Below, piece by piece: positions 1-10,146 of a stretch of DNA of 64,000 nucleotides. The notes beneath the pieces are model-generated. The model saw only the letters and a list, made by a program, of their open reading frames with translations. It was not told the DNA's origin and did not search any database. The stretch's first letter is position 1, and the number at the start of each line of letters is the position of its first letter. A program made the translations under genes and the position numbers. Source of the DNA: Dehalococcoidia bacterium (GTDB taxonomy: Bacteria > Chloroflexota > Dehalococcoidia > GIF9 > AB-539-J10); NCBI GenBank assembly GCA_030612025.1, contig JAUWOR010000008.1:15792-79791 (forward strand), written 5' to 3'.

Positions 1-149
1 TTAAGCAGCCACGCAGCGGATACTTTAAAGGCTTTAGCCAGGGCGACTAGCTCAAAATCAAATACCGGGCGAGTGCCTTGCTCAATTTTGGAGATGCTTG
101 ATTGGTCAACCTTAAGCTCTAATATTTGCAGGCTTGGTACGATAATGTT
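1..149 (-). pseudogene. 3' part of an XRE-family helix-turn-helix gene; runs off the window start and lacks a canonical start codon
   Basis: Minus-strand frame reads ..LQILELKVDQSSISKIEQGTRPVFDFELVALAKAFKVSAAWLL (HTH recognition helix plus the SKIEQG turn). The same frame, read upstream to the TAA at 285-287, has no ATG/GTG/TTG and runs into a REP-like repeat (153-242). Confidence 0.35.
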
Positions 150-152
150 TTT

Positions 153-242
153 GTCACCCTGACCTTGAACGAAGTGAAAGGGAAGGGTCTCTAGATTCTT
201 CGCTTTGCTCAGAATCCAGGAGGCGAAGGGCTCAGAATGACA
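153..242. repeat. REP-like dispersed repeat (GTCACCCTGA.. / TTCGCTTTGCTCAGAAT / CTCAGAATGAC modules)
   Basis: Shares the modules TTCTTCGCTTTGCTCAG and GCTCAGAATGACA with the copies at 21936, 23495, 38038 and 58760. Confidence 0.6.
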
Positions 243-353
243 AGAGCATTGGCAAAGGCTTCTTTGATACCAAGTCTTTTTGAGTTATAGGTAGCTCTGT
301 TTGCTTTCACCCATAGCGAGCTAAGAGAAGCATCTGCTATAATGGGCATTAGT

Positions 354-1874
<1,521 letters not shown>

Positions 1875-1882
1875 GAGGCTAG

Positions 1883-2176
1883 CTACAAAATCAGCCATAG
1901 GACACCGCCAGCAATCACCAGAATAATGCCAATGATAAGCGAAATCCAGCCACCTATTTGCCAGGCGTTTAGCCAGGGACGCTCTGGTTCATGAGTTATG
2001 AACTCCTTCATATCCCTTCGGGTTACCAAGGAGTTATAATATGTTTTCTTCTCCCTCTTATTCCAAAGTATAAAAGCGATGCCCAAGAGGGTGAAGAAAA
2101 TACCCATCCCCAAGATAGCCCGGCAATTGGCAAGCGACATGTTACTCAAAATTAAAAGGCAAAGGGCAAAGATCAA
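1883..2176 (-). CDS. small membrane protein (two hydrophobic segments), unknown function
   Basis: 97-aa ORF with hydrophobic N- and C-terminal helices. Fills the gap between comM and rplL. Confidence 0.5.
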   Translation of the reverse strand: MIFALCLLILSNMSLANCRAILGMGIFFTLLGIAFILWNKREKKTYYNSLVTRRDMKEFITHEPERPWLNAWQIGGWISLIIGIILVIAGGVLWLIL

Positions 2177-2256
2177 AATGACAAATCAAAATGCAAACCT
2201 TTTTAATTTTTGCTCTGTATTTTTGCATTTTTATTTTTGCTTTTTGCTTTTTGCTT

Positions 2257-2736
2257 TCACCCTATCTCTACAGACGCTCCAGCAGCCTCCAGTTTCTCCT
2301 TTATGGTGGCTGCCTCCTCCTTGGAAATGCCCTCTTTTACTACTTGTGGAGCAGCTTCCACCAAATCCTTGGCTTGCTTTAACCCTAAACTGGTTACTTC
2401 ACGAACTGCCTTAATGACCTCAATCTTCTTTTCGCCGATATCCTTTAGGGTGACGCTAAATTCCGTTTTCTCCTCTTCCGGAGGCGCTTCAACTGGCTGG
2501 CTGGGAGCCGTTACTGGCGCTGCTCCCACAGCTACCGGAGCAGGGGTAACTCCAAATTCATCCTCTAAAGCCTTAACTAAATCAGCTAGATCGATCACGG
2601 TCATACTCTTAATAGCAGCAATGATTTCCTCCTTGGTCATTCCCTTGGCCTCTTTTTTCGCCTTCGCCTTTGTAGATTCCTTCCCCCCTTTTACTTTTAC
2701 TTTTTCCTCTTCTACCTTCGCTTCCTTTGGTGACAT
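2257..2736 (-). CDS. rplL: 50S ribosomal protein L7/L12 with N-terminal Lys/Glu-rich extension
   Basis: [53 protein letters not shown]-type sequence. The ATG at 2736 is preceded by TAAGGAGG with 5-nt spacing, 14 nt after the rplJ stop. The ORF-track TTG at 2754 overlaps rplJ. Confidence 0.9.
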   Translation of the reverse strand: MSPKEAKVEEEKVKVKGGKESTKAKAKKEAKGMTKEEIIAAIKSMTVIDLADLVKALEDEFGVTPAPVAVGAAPVTAPSQPVEAPPEEEKTEFSVTLKDIGEKKIEVIKAVREVTSLGLKQAKDLVEAAPQVVKEGISKEEAATIKEKLEAAGASVEIG

Positions 2737-2750
2737 GCTTTCCTCCTTAC

Positions 2751-3269
2751 TCAAGTAAAATTTTGAATCCTCACTTGTAGTACATGGCGTAACTCACGTA
2801 ACGGGGAACTTAGAATATTATGTAAACTCCTCACCGGTGCTTGCAATTGAGCTATTAATTGAGAGATAAGGATTTCCCTTGGTGGTAAACCGGCCAGAGC
2901 TATAACCTCATCAGCACTGAGCACTCGCTTCCCCAGCAAACCTCCTTTAATCTGCACCGCTAAGTCTGTAGATTTGATGTATTGGCTAAGGACTTTAGCT
3001 GCTTCGACTGCATCATCATAGCCAAAAACCAGAGCTGTAGGCCCATCAATGATGCCCACAATTTGCTCCTTACCAGCTCTTTGGGCAGCAAGGCGAGTTA
3101 AGGTATTCTTAACCACGTGGTAATCAGCAGCTGCACCGGCTAAAGCTCGGCGTAACCCAGTCATCTCCTTAGCCGGTAGACCCTGGTAACTAGTAGCGAT
3201 AACAATAGTACTTCGAGACAGATCGTCTGCCAGCTGACCAATAATTTGTGTTTTCTTTTCCCTTAGCAT
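2751..3269 (-). CDS. rplJ: 50S ribosomal protein L10
   Basis: 172 aa with an L10-like sequence, in the conserved position upstream of rplL. Confidence 0.9.
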   Translation of the reverse strand: MLREKKTQIIGQLADDLSRSTIVIATSYQGLPAKEMTGLRRALAGAAADYHVVKNTLTRLAAQRAGKEQIVGIIDGPTALVFGYDDAVEAAKVLSQYIKSTDLAVQIKGGLLGKRVLSADEVIALAGLPPREILISQLIAQLQAPVRSLHNILSSPLRELRHVLQVRIQNFT

Positions 3270-3448
3270 GTCTCTAGCTAGGCAAATAAAAATCCCTGCG
3301 CCAATGACACAGGGCTAACACAAGGCCTCGGCAGGCAAGCGCTTTAACCCCCGGGGAGGATATCTTCACCCCCCTTTGCCCCTTTATCTAGCGAGGGGCG
3401 GTACCTGCTGTCATTGGCACCGATTCATTCTATTTATTATAGCAAAAA
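3270..3448 (-). promoter_or_regulatory. rplJ-rplL leader: internal promoter plus structured 5' UTR (L10-leader-like candidate)
   Basis: On the minus strand a TGCTATAAT extended -10 lies at 3436-3444. There is long-range pairing of GCCAATGACAGCAGG (3404-3418 region) with CCCTGTGTCATTGGC (3300-3314 region), enclosing a GC-rich ~90-nt core. This is a 179-nt non-coding gap in an otherwise tightly packed operon. Confidence 0.5.
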
Positions 3449-4159
3449 CTAACCAGCTAAAGCCAGTGCTGACTTGAGATCCAGCTTGAGCCCCGGCCCC
3501 ATACTGGTAGACAGTGATACGCTTTTGATATACTGCCCTTTAACCCCACTGGGCCTTGCCTTAACTATAGCCTCCATCACTGCCCTTAGGTTTTCCAGAA
3601 GTTTATCGCTATCAAAGCTAACTTTGCCTATCGGCAAATGGATAATTGCCGTTCTATCCAGGCGAAACTCCACTCTACCTTTACGCGCCTCGCCTATAAC
3701 TCGAGGTAAATCTTGGGGTGGCACCACAGTGCCCGACTTAGGGTTAGGCATCAAGCCCCGTCGTCCCAAAATACGCCCAAGCTTGGCTACCCTGGACATC
3801 ATATCGGGAGTAGCCATAGATACATCAAATTCAAGCCAACCAGACTCAATTTGCTTAATAAGCTCATCTGCTGCGGCATAATCAGCTCCAGCTTCCTTAG
3901 CTAATTTTATTGCCTCTCCTTGAGCAAAGACAAGTATCCTTACCTTCTTCCCCAACCCATTAGGCAGTAGGGCAACACCTCTCACTTGCTGGTCGGCACT
4001 ACGCGGATTGACCCCCATCCTTAAATGAAGCTCAACCGTCTCATCAAACCCAGCGTAGGAAGCCTTCTTAGCTAACTCGATAGCCTCCTCAGGTAAGTAA
4101 ACCCTTGACCTATCTACAAGCTTGCTAGCCTCTTGATACCTCTTACCATGCTTTGCCAT
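3449..4159 (-). CDS. rplA: 50S ribosomal protein L1
   Basis: 236 aa with an L1-like sequence, in rplK-rplA order. Stop codon is TAG. Confidence 0.92.
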   Translation of the reverse strand: MAKHGKRYQEASKLVDRSRVYLPEEAIELAKKASYAGFDETVELHLRMGVNPRSADQQVRGVALLPNGLGKKVRILVFAQGEAIKLAKEAGADYAAADELIKQIESGWLEFDVSMATPDMMSRVAKLGRILGRRGLMPNPKSGTVVPPQDLPRVIGEARKGRVEFRLDRTAIIHLPIGKVSFDSDKLLENLRAVMEAIVKARPSGVKGQYIKSVSLSTSMGPGLKLDLKSALALAG

Positions 4160-4171
4160 CTTATACTCTAT

Positions 4172-4594
4172 CTATTCCACCTCTATTCCCATACTTCGAG
4201 CAGTGCCTTGAATGATGCTCGCCGCTTTATCAACGTCGGTAGTATTGAGATCCTTCATTTTACTTCGTGCAATCTGATAAAGCTTGTCTCTACTTATCTT
4301 GCCTATCTTGCTGCCTTTGGGGTCACCACTACCTTTTTCCACTCCTAAAGCACGCCGTAATAAATCAGAAGCGGGTGGCATCTTAGTCATAAAAGTAAAG
4401 GAACGATCAGCATACACGGTTATTTCTGCCGGGATAATGAAACCTTCTTGAGAGGCAGTTCGCTCATTATATTCTTTGCAGAAAACCATGATATTAATGC
4501 CGTATTGCCCCAAAGCAGGACCTACCGGTGGTGCCGGAGTAGCCTTACCCGCTGGCAATTGTAACTTAATAACCGCCTTGATTTTCTTTGCCAC
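4172..4594 (-). CDS. rplK: 50S ribosomal protein L11
   Basis: [29 protein letters not shown] is the canonical L11 N-terminus. GTG start, TAG stop. Confidence 0.92.
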   Translation of the reverse strand: MAKKIKAVIKLQLPAGKATPAPPVGPALGQYGINIMVFCKEYNERTASQEGFIIPAEITVYADRSFTFMTKMPPASDLLRRALGVEKGSGDPKGSKIGKISRDKLYQIARSKMKDLNTTDVDKAASIIQGTARSMGIEVE

Positions 4595-4687
4595 GCTACA
4601 ACACCCTTTGGAAAGCTAACAGCTATCAGCTAACTGATAAGTGCTGATAACTGACATAAAAGCTTAGGATTTCGTATTTATTCATTG

Positions 4688-5218
4688 CTATATCTTTTCT
4701 ACTCCCAAAAAATCCAATTCCACAGGCGTTTCCCGGCCAAAAAGCGATAGCAGAACCGTCGCCCTTCCCTTTTCCAAGTTAACCTCCTCCACCTTGCCGA
4801 TAAAATCGATAAACGGGCCATCTGTTACACGAACACTCTCCCCCCTCTTAAAAGCCACCTTAACTTCGGAGGGAGTTTCCTCCGCTCGCTTGAGAATGAT
4901 ATTTGCCTCTTCTTCAGATAAAGGCACCGGTTTAACACCAGTGCTGACAAAGCCAGCAACGCCAGGAGTATTACGCACTATGTCCCAGCTATGCTCATCC
5001 AACTCCATGCGCACCATAATATAACCGGGAAAAGCTTTTTTACTCATGATACGGCGTTTCCCACCTCTGATCTCAATCTCCTTAGTCATAGGTACTACTA
5101 CATTGAATATCTTGTCGCCGGCATCCATATATTTAATGCGTTGCTCCAAGTTCCTCTTGGCACGCTCTTCCCGCCCAGAAGACACATATAACAAATACCA
5201 CTGTCCGTTAGATATCAC
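4688..5218 (-). CDS. nusG: transcription termination/antitermination factor NusG
   Basis: 176 aa with NGN + KOW architecture (WYLLYVSSGRE.., C-terminal GESVRVTDGPF), in secE-nusG-rplK synteny. Confidence 0.9.
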   Translation of the reverse strand: MISNGQWYLLYVSSGREERAKRNLEQRIKYMDAGDKIFNVVVPMTKEIEIRGGKRRIMSKKAFPGYIMVRMELDEHSWDIVRNTPGVAGFVSTGVKPVPLSEEEANIILKRAEETPSEVKVAFKRGESVRVTDGPFIDFIGKVEEVNLEKGRATVLLSLFGRETPVELDFLGVEKI

Positions 5219-5220
5219 CT

Positions 5221-5466
5221 TTAGCCACCTAGAAGCAAATCAGTAAGCAACTTAGTGAAACCATAATCTAAAGCACCTAAAATAGCTCCCACAACAACAC
5301 AAACAATAAGAACTATGATACTCAACCTCAAGGCTTCTTGTCTTGTTGGCCAGTGTGCTTTCTTTAATTCCTCTACCGCCTCTGGAAAGAAAGTCAGCCT
5401 TGACTTCTTCTTAGCTGGTGCAGCAATAGGCCTGGCAGCTTTAGCTTTCTTGGCATGACTAGTCAT
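5221..5466 (-). CDS. secE: preprotein translocase subunit SecE
   Basis: 81 aa with a basic N-terminal tail, a KVHWPTRQE-like motif (KKAHWPTRQE) and a single C-terminal TM helix. Sits in the conserved position. Confidence 0.85.
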   Translation of the reverse strand: MTSHAKKAKAARPIAAPAKKKSRLTFFPEAVEELKKAHWPTRQEALRLSIIVLIVCVVVGAILGALDYGFTKLLTDLLLGG

Positions 5467-5496
5467 AAAGTTTGCTTCGCTTTGCCCGCAATAACA

Positions 5497-5667
5497 TTAC
5501 TTCGCTTCTCGATGAAGGGTATGAATACGGCAACGCGGACAATACTTCTTCAGCTCTAACTTCTGTGGATCATTCTTTTTATTCTTAACAGTGGTATATG
5601 TCCTCTGCTGACATTGGTTGCAAGCTAGATGAATGATTGTGCGTAGCCCCCCCTTCTTCTTGGCCAT
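5497..5667 (-). CDS. rpmG: 50S ribosomal protein L33 (zinc-ribbon type)
   Basis: Not in the ORF track because it is under 60 aa. Hand translation: [56 protein letters not shown]. CxxC..CxxC motif. Starts 2 nt after the tuf stop. tuf-rpmG-secE synteny. Confidence 0.85.
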   Translation of the reverse strand: MAKKKGGLRTIIHLACNQCQQRTYTTVKNKKNDPQKLELKKYCPRCRIHTLHREAK

Positions 5668-5669
5668 GT

Positions 5670-6872
5670 TTAGGCACCGACCTTAGAAATCACCCCAGCT
5701 CCCACTGTCTTTCCACCTTCCCTGAGGGCAAAGCGCAATCCTTCCTCCATAGCCACAGGATAGATGGTCTTAATCTTCATATGAGTTAAGCTATCACCAG
5801 GCATAGCCATTTCGACACCCTCAGGCAGCATTATGCTTCCAGTAACATCCATAGTCCGGATGAAGAACTGAGGTTTATATCCGTTGAAAAAGGGAGTGTG
5901 TCTGCCACCTTCCTCTTTCTTTAATATATATACCTCGGCCTCAGCCTCAGTGTGAGGCTTAATTGCGCCTGGCGCAGCTAGAACCTGACCCCTTTCTATC
6001 TCGTCCCGATCTATACCTCGCAGCAGCACTCCAATGGCATCGCCAGGTTCTGCCCCGGTCAACGTCTTATGGAACATCTCCAGGCTGACCGCCACCGTTT
6101 TTCTGGTCTCCCTCAACCCCACTATCTCCACCTCATCCCCAGGTTTGATAACACCACGCTCCACCCTCCCCGTGGGCACAGTCCCTCTCCCTTTAATGCT
6201 AAATACATCCTCCACAGACATCAAGAAAGGCTTATCCCTATCTCGCTTTGGCATGGGGATATATTCATCTATGGCATCCAGCAACTTCCATATTCCACCA
6301 CACCATTGACATTCTCTTTTGCCACAGCCACATTCCAGAGATTTAAGAGCGCTTAGCCGCACAACAGGGACTTCATCACCTGGAAAGCCATACTTTTTAA
6401 GTAAGTCTCTAACCTCCATCTCTACCAGCTCTAACAACTCGGGATCTTCCATCAAATCTACCTTATTGAGGGCTACCATTAAGCAAGGAACTTCTACCTG
6501 CCGAGCTAGAAGAACATGTTCCCTAGTCTGTGGCATAGGACCATCGTCAGCGCCAACTACTAGAATAGCTCCATCCATCTGAGCTGCTCCGGTTATCATG
6601 TTCTTGATATAGTCAGCATGCCCTGGGCAGTCAACATGGCAATAATGACGCTTCTCAGTTTCATACTCAATATGGGAGATGGCGATTGTCAGTCCGCGGG
6701 CTTTCTCCTCAGGCGCATTATCTATGGAATCAAAAGTGCGAAATTGAGTGGGGCCTGCTTTAGATAACACCTGAGTCATTGCCGAAACCAGTGTAGTCTT
6801 CCCATGATCAACGTGCCCTATAGTACCCACATTGATATGTTCTTTAGTGCGCTCATAAACTTTCTTTGCCAT
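5670..6872 (-). CDS. tuf: elongation factor Tu (with Cys4 insertion [11 protein letters not shown] in domain I)
   Basis: [13 protein letters not shown] and NKVD G-motifs. 400 aa, downstream of the tRNA-Thr/Tyr/Thr cluster. Confidence 0.95.
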   Translation of the reverse strand: MAKKVYERTKEHINVGTIGHVDHGKTTLVSAMTQVLSKAGPTQFRTFDSIDNAPEEKARGLTIAISHIEYETEKRHYCHVDCPGHADYIKNMITGAAQMDGAILVVGADDGPMPQTREHVLLARQVEVPCLMVALNKVDLMEDPELLELVEMEVRDLLKKYGFPGDEVPVVRLSALKSLECGCGKRECQWCGGIWKLLDAIDEYIPMPKRDRDKPFLMSVEDVFSIKGRGTVPTGRVERGVIKPGDEVEIVGLRETRKTVAVSLEMFHKTLTGAEPGDAIGVLLRGIDRDEIERGQVLAAPGAIKPHTEAEAEVYILKKEEGGRHTPFFNGYKPQFFIRTMDVTGSIMLPEGVEMAMPGDSLTHMKIKTIYPVAMEEGLRFALREGGKTVGAGVISKVGA

Positions 6873-6896
6873 TTTCTGTTAACCTCCTTATCTCAA

Positions 6897-6969
6897 AGCC
6901 CACAACCAGATTCGAACTGGTGACCCCGTTCTTACCAAGAACGTGCTCTACCAACTGAGCTATGTGGGC
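6897..6969 (-). tRNA. tRNA-Thr(GGT)
   Basis: Hand-folded cloverleaf: acceptor GCCCACA/TGTGGGC, anticodon stem CGTTC/GAACG with loop TTGGTAA, T-loop GTTCGAATC. Confidence 0.85.
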
Positions 6970-6985
6970 ATATTCTACCACATTT

Positions 6986-7072
6986 TGGTGGAGGGGGTAG
7001 GATTCGAACCTACGCAGCCCAACGGGCGGCAGATTTACAGTCTGCTCCGATTAACCACTCCGGCACCCCTCC
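6986..7072 (-). tRNA. tRNA-Tyr(GTA), long variable arm, encoded CCA
   Basis: Acceptor GGAGGGG/CCCCTCC, anticodon stem GCAGA/TCTGC with loop CTGTAAA, T-arm GTAGG TTCGAAT CCTAC, 3' ACCA. Confidence 0.85.
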
Positions 7073-7113
7073 CATCTTTAGTTTACTATAAAGTGCCTAG
7101 AAAAATCCAACCC

Positions 7114-7186
7114 AGCCCGAGAGGGGACTCGAACCCACTAACCTACCGATTACAAGTCGGTTGCGCTACCATTGCGCTACTCGGGC
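7114..7186 (-). tRNA. tRNA-Thr(TGT)
   Basis: Acceptor GCCCGAG/CTCGGGC, anticodon stem ACCGA/TCGGT with loop CTTGTAA, T-loop GTTCGAGTC. Confidence 0.85.
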
Positions 7187-7201
7187 AACTTTTGGCTCGT
7201 T

Positions 7202-7230
7202 AGTATAAATAAAGGCAATCACAATGTCAA
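7202..7230 (-). promoter_or_regulatory. near-consensus sigma70-type promoter for the tRNA-tuf operon
   Basis: Minus strand reads TTGACA (7225-7230), a 17-nt spacer, then TATACT (7202-7207). It lies ~16 nt upstream of the 5' end of tRNA-Thr(TGT). Confidence 0.6.
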
Positions 7231-7306
7231 CTAAGCGAGGTATTTGGAAATGCTTTGCTAATTTAGATACAATGCCATCACGGACATTAGAGAAAAAATT
7301 TTAGAA

Positions 7307-7903
7307 TTGCCAACTTACTCTCAAGAGCTCGGGCTTGATTTAAGAAGAGAGGAGGATAGATTCAAATGGTTTCTAGCCTCGATTCTTTTCGCCAAGAGGA
7401 TCTCCTCTGGAATAGCCAAAAGGACTTATAAAGAATTTGAAAGGGAGGGAATTGTAACTCCTGAGAAGATTATCGGAAGTGGCTGGGATAAACTGGTGGA
7501 GGTACTGGATCTCGGAGGCTACGTCCGCTATGATTTCTCCACCGCATCGAATTTGCTTGAAATAGCAGTTAGCTTGAAGGAGAAATATGGTTCATTAGAA
7601 ACTTTATATACTCAGGCGAGGGATAGCAAAGACTTGGAGAATAAGCTGCTTGAATTTAAGGGCGTGGGGTCAACCGCAGTCAGCATCTTTCTCAGAGAAC
7701 TAAAGGGAATCTGGGAAAGAGCAAAACCACGGCCCTCTCCACTTGCCAAAGAAGTTGCCTCCAAACTTGGACTAGGAGAGAGAGAATTAGAGCTTCCTGG
7801 TATAGAATCCTCTTTGGTGAGGATAAACTTAGAATTTTGCCGGCGTAAGAGGTGCTCTAGCTGCCCGGCAAAGGAGGGCTGTCACGAGCTAAAGATTAGC
7901 TAA
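7307..7903 (+). CDS. HhH-motif protein related to the endonuclease III / HhH-GPD superfamily, with C-terminal Cys cluster
   Basis: LEFKGVGSTAVSIFLREL hairpin-helix-hairpin-like motif and a C-terminal CRRKRCSSCPAKEGC cluster. TTG start. Confidence 0.55.
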   Translation: MPTYSQELGLDLRREEDRFKWFLASILFAKRISSGIAKRTYKEFEREGIVTPEKIIGSGWDKLVEVLDLGGYVRYDFSTASNLLEIAVSLKEKYGSLETLYTQARDSKDLENKLLEFKGVGSTAVSIFLRELKGIWERAKPRPSPLAKEVASKLGLGERELELPGIESSLVRINLEFCRRKRCSSCPAKEGCHELKIS

Positions 7904-7997
7904 GCTCTAATTTATATGGGCCAGCAAGTACAGCCTATTGACATTCGCGTCTATACCCATTATTCTGCTACCTACAAGTAAATAAAGGAGTCTAGAG

Positions 7998-8138
7998 ATG
8001 CAAGCATACTGTATGAAGTGTAAGGCTAAGAGAGAAATCAAGAACCCCAGGTCAGTCGTATTCAAGAATGGGCGCCCAGCAACCCAAGGAATTTGTCCTG
8101 TCTGTGGCACTAAGGTATTCCGTATTGGCAAGAGCTGA
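7998..8138 (+). CDS. 46-aa zinc-ribbon protein (resembles DUF5679-type small proteins, from memory)
   Basis: Not in the ORF track. AAGGAG sits 7 nt upstream of the ATG. Translation: MQAYCMKCKAKREIKNPRSVVFKNGRPATQGICPVCGTKVFRIGKS (CxxC..CxxC). The 7907-8131 minus-strand ORF is its shadow. Confidence 0.65.
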   Translation: MQAYCMKCKAKREIKNPRSVVFKNGRPATQGICPVCGTKVFRIGKS

Positions 8139-8208
8139 ACAGACTCACTGGTAGGCCAACTAAAAAGCCTGGAACCAGTCGATAAACGATGGAAGAGTAG
8201 GACAGTGT

Positions 8209-9093
8209 ATGCGCATTGTCAGAGGCATTTTCTCGGGAATCCTCAGCTTTGTGCTAGCTGTCACTCTGGTCACTCTAGGTATCGTTATCACGGTAAACGT
8301 TACTATCCTCAATCCCAACTTCATCATCTCCGAACTCGCTAAACTAGATATCTATCCGACCATCGCCAATCAAGTAAGAGAGCAAATTCCGGCGGAAGAG
8401 CCTTATATAGCTCAAGTTGTGGATGAAACCATCGCCGACCTTGAGCCCTGGCTAAAGGAGCAGACCGCCACTGTTATCTATAGTGGTTGTGCCTATCTTA
8501 AGGGAGACCAAGAGCTCAATATAGTTATCTCACTAGAACAAGTAAGAACTAGTATCAAGGATAACCTGGAGCAAGCTATACTTGAATCTCCCCCACCTGA
8601 GTTAGCAAGAGCTTCACAGAGCCAAATACAAGCCTTTCTATCCCAAATATATGCCGAAATAGATAGTCAGATTCCACAACAAATCGAAATTAACGAGACA
8701 TCCCTGGGACCGGAGATAACAACACAGCTTCAACAAGCACGGCAAATTGTTAGCTATATCAAGCTTGGCTATAAAGCGCTGATTGGCCTGGCCGCTCTGC
8801 TGATACTACTTATAGCTTTGATACAATGGTGGCATGTAAAACCTATCGCCCGCTACATCGGTATACCCTTTACTATAGTTGGCATTACTGGCCTTGTGGG
8901 TACTATAGCGGCTAGAAGCCTTATCCCCAAAGCAATCCAATTCGAAATCCCGCCTGAGATTATGTCAAGATTACCTCAGTTAATCGCTGATTTCAGCAGT
9001 CCTTTACAAATATATAGCGCAGGGTTCCTGGTTGCCGGAATAGGACTAATAACACTTTCTATTAAGCTCAAATCTCCAGGTTATGCCTCTTGA
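8209..9093 (+). CDS. membrane protein, unknown function (N-terminal TM, C-terminal multi-TM)
   Basis: 294-aa ORF with hydrophobic segments at both ends and a Q/E-rich soluble middle. Confidence 0.6.
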   Translation: MRIVRGIFSGILSFVLAVTLVTLGIVITVNVTILNPNFIISELAKLDIYPTIANQVREQIPAEEPYIAQVVDETIADLEPWLKEQTATVIYSGCAYLKGDQELNIVISLEQVRTSIKDNLEQAILESPPPELARASQSQIQAFLSQIYAEIDSQIPQQIEINETSLGPEITTQLQQARQIVSYIKLGYKALIGLAALLILLIALIQWWHVKPIARYIGIPFTIVGITGLVGTIAARSLIPKAIQFEIPPEIMSRLPQLIADFSSPLQIYSAGFLVAGIGLITLSIKLKSPGYAS

Positions 9094-9145
9094 TAAGATT
9101 CACTATAGTAGCTGCAGGGGCATACCTGCGTTACCTTCCTGCAAG

Positions 9146-9571
9146 GTGATCCTGAAAGCTCGAAAACCAGTTTCGGCTGCCTATCCCTAGGCATTAAGGA
9201 CATTAGGCGACCATCTAAGAAAAAGGCGGCTTGATCTGAAGCCTCTCCAGAGAGAGGTTGCTCGAAGGATTGGTGTTGATGAGGCCACTGTCTACAACTG
9301 GGAAAATAACCGAATATCTCCCTCTCTCTGTCTTATCCCCAAGATTGTTGAATTCGTCGGCTATGTGCCTTGTGGTACCTCACCAAAAAGCTTTGGAGAA
9401 GGGATACTCACCTCTCGTCAATTTCCTGGCCTCAGCCAAAAGGAGTTAGCTCATCGCTTAGGCATCGATCCAAGCACCCTTGGTCGTTGGGAAAGAAATA
9501 AAAACCAACCTTCGAAAAAGCTCTTGGGGGAACTAGCGACTTCTTTGACTTCCCTCCCTCGAAGCGGCTGA
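9146..9571 (+). pseudogene. tandem-HTH (2x XRE-type) regulator interrupted by an in-frame TAG at 9188-9190
   Basis: A single frame reads (V)ILKARKPVSAAYP*ALRTLGDHLRKRRLDLKPLQREVARRIGVDEATVYNWENNRISPS..GLSQKELAHRLGIDPSTLGRWERNKNQPS. There is no ATG/GTG/TTG between the TAG and the GTG at 9365, which would remove the first HTH. Confidence 0.5.
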
Positions 9572-9715
9572 GTTTCCCTAAATTTTCCACAAACTCTGAG
9601 ACAGGGTTGACCAGGCATGGTATAATGGACGGTGGCGGGTCGTCTCCGAACATCGGCGTAGAGGTTCGTAGGCGCCTCACTCGGGAACGAAGAGGAAGTA
9701 ACAGCTTTTTTGCCC

Positions 9716-10050
9716 GCGCGGCGGCTGGGCAGACACGTTCCGCTTCTCACTTGAGACATTGCAGCGTTTTCAGTCCCCTTTAGGGCGTATCCCAAGCAAA
9801 GTCGATGCGCGGGCCTTGCGTGTCTGTTGTCTCGAATACCTCATGCTTCCCTGAGATTTGTGGAAATGCCGCACTGATGGTCGAACCGCACGATATTGAT
9901 TAGCTGGCTACGAGTATGTGGCAGCTCATAAGTGACGACGATTTGAAGGAGACGCTTAGAGAGAAAGGGTTGGAGCGTGCCAAGATATTCAGTTGGCAGA
10001 GGCGCGCACAAGAACATTTGAAACTATATCAAGAGCTGTTCAAAGCATAG
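9716..10050 (+). pseudogene. decayed C-terminal half of a GT4-type glycosyltransferase
   Basis: Frame-hopping matches to GT4 C-termini: GRHVPLLT*DIAAFSVPF.., SMRGPCVSVVSNTSCFPEICGNAALMVEPHDID*LATSMWQLISDDDLKETLREKGLERAKIFSWQRRAQEHLKLYQELFKA. In-frame TAG at 9901-9903. No start codon. Confidence 0.55.
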
Positions 10051-10146
10051 GCTGAGTGGTGCCTATGGTAGAGTGTCTTCCACCTAGGGTGGGCAAGCAC
10101 TACAGGTTAAGCTGCCTACACCGAAGGCATCCTCCTGGAGGTAAGT

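Noticed and set aside
2079-2758. Plus-strand ORFs (111, 63 and 182 aa) overlapping rplL and the small membrane gene.
   Set aside because: They are antisense to a confidently identified ribosomal protein gene, with low-complexity Ser/Phe/Leu-rich translations.
3449-4174. Genome-wide reassignment of TAG to a sense codon as the explanation for the four in-frame TAGs.
   Set aside because: rplA (stop at 3449-3451) and rplK (stop at 4172-4174) both terminate at TAG at exactly the expected protein ends. TAG is therefore a functional stop in this genome.
6943-7203. 86-aa plus-strand ORF.
   Set aside because: It lies entirely across three minus-strand tRNA genes (Thr, Tyr, Thr) and is spurious.
7907-8131. 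74-aa minus-strand ORF from the track.
   Set aside because: It is the antisense shadow of the SD-preceded 46-aa zinc-ribbon gene on the plus strand (7998-8138). It has no RBS and a low-complexity composition.
9572-9870. A GC-rich ~300-nt non-coding-looking block with a TGGTATAAT extended -10 (about 9612-9620) and imperfect inverted repeats (TTCCACAAACTCTGAG at about 9583 versus CTGAGATTTGTGGAA at about 9851). Considered as an sRNA gene or MITE.
   Set aside because: Frame-hopping translation shows GT4 glycosyltransferase C-terminal motifs through most of it (GRHVPLLT.DIAAFSVPF, SNTSCFPEICGNAALMVEP). It is therefore best explained as a decayed gene. The second repeat arm lies inside that coding remnant and the -10 match is probably fortuitous.
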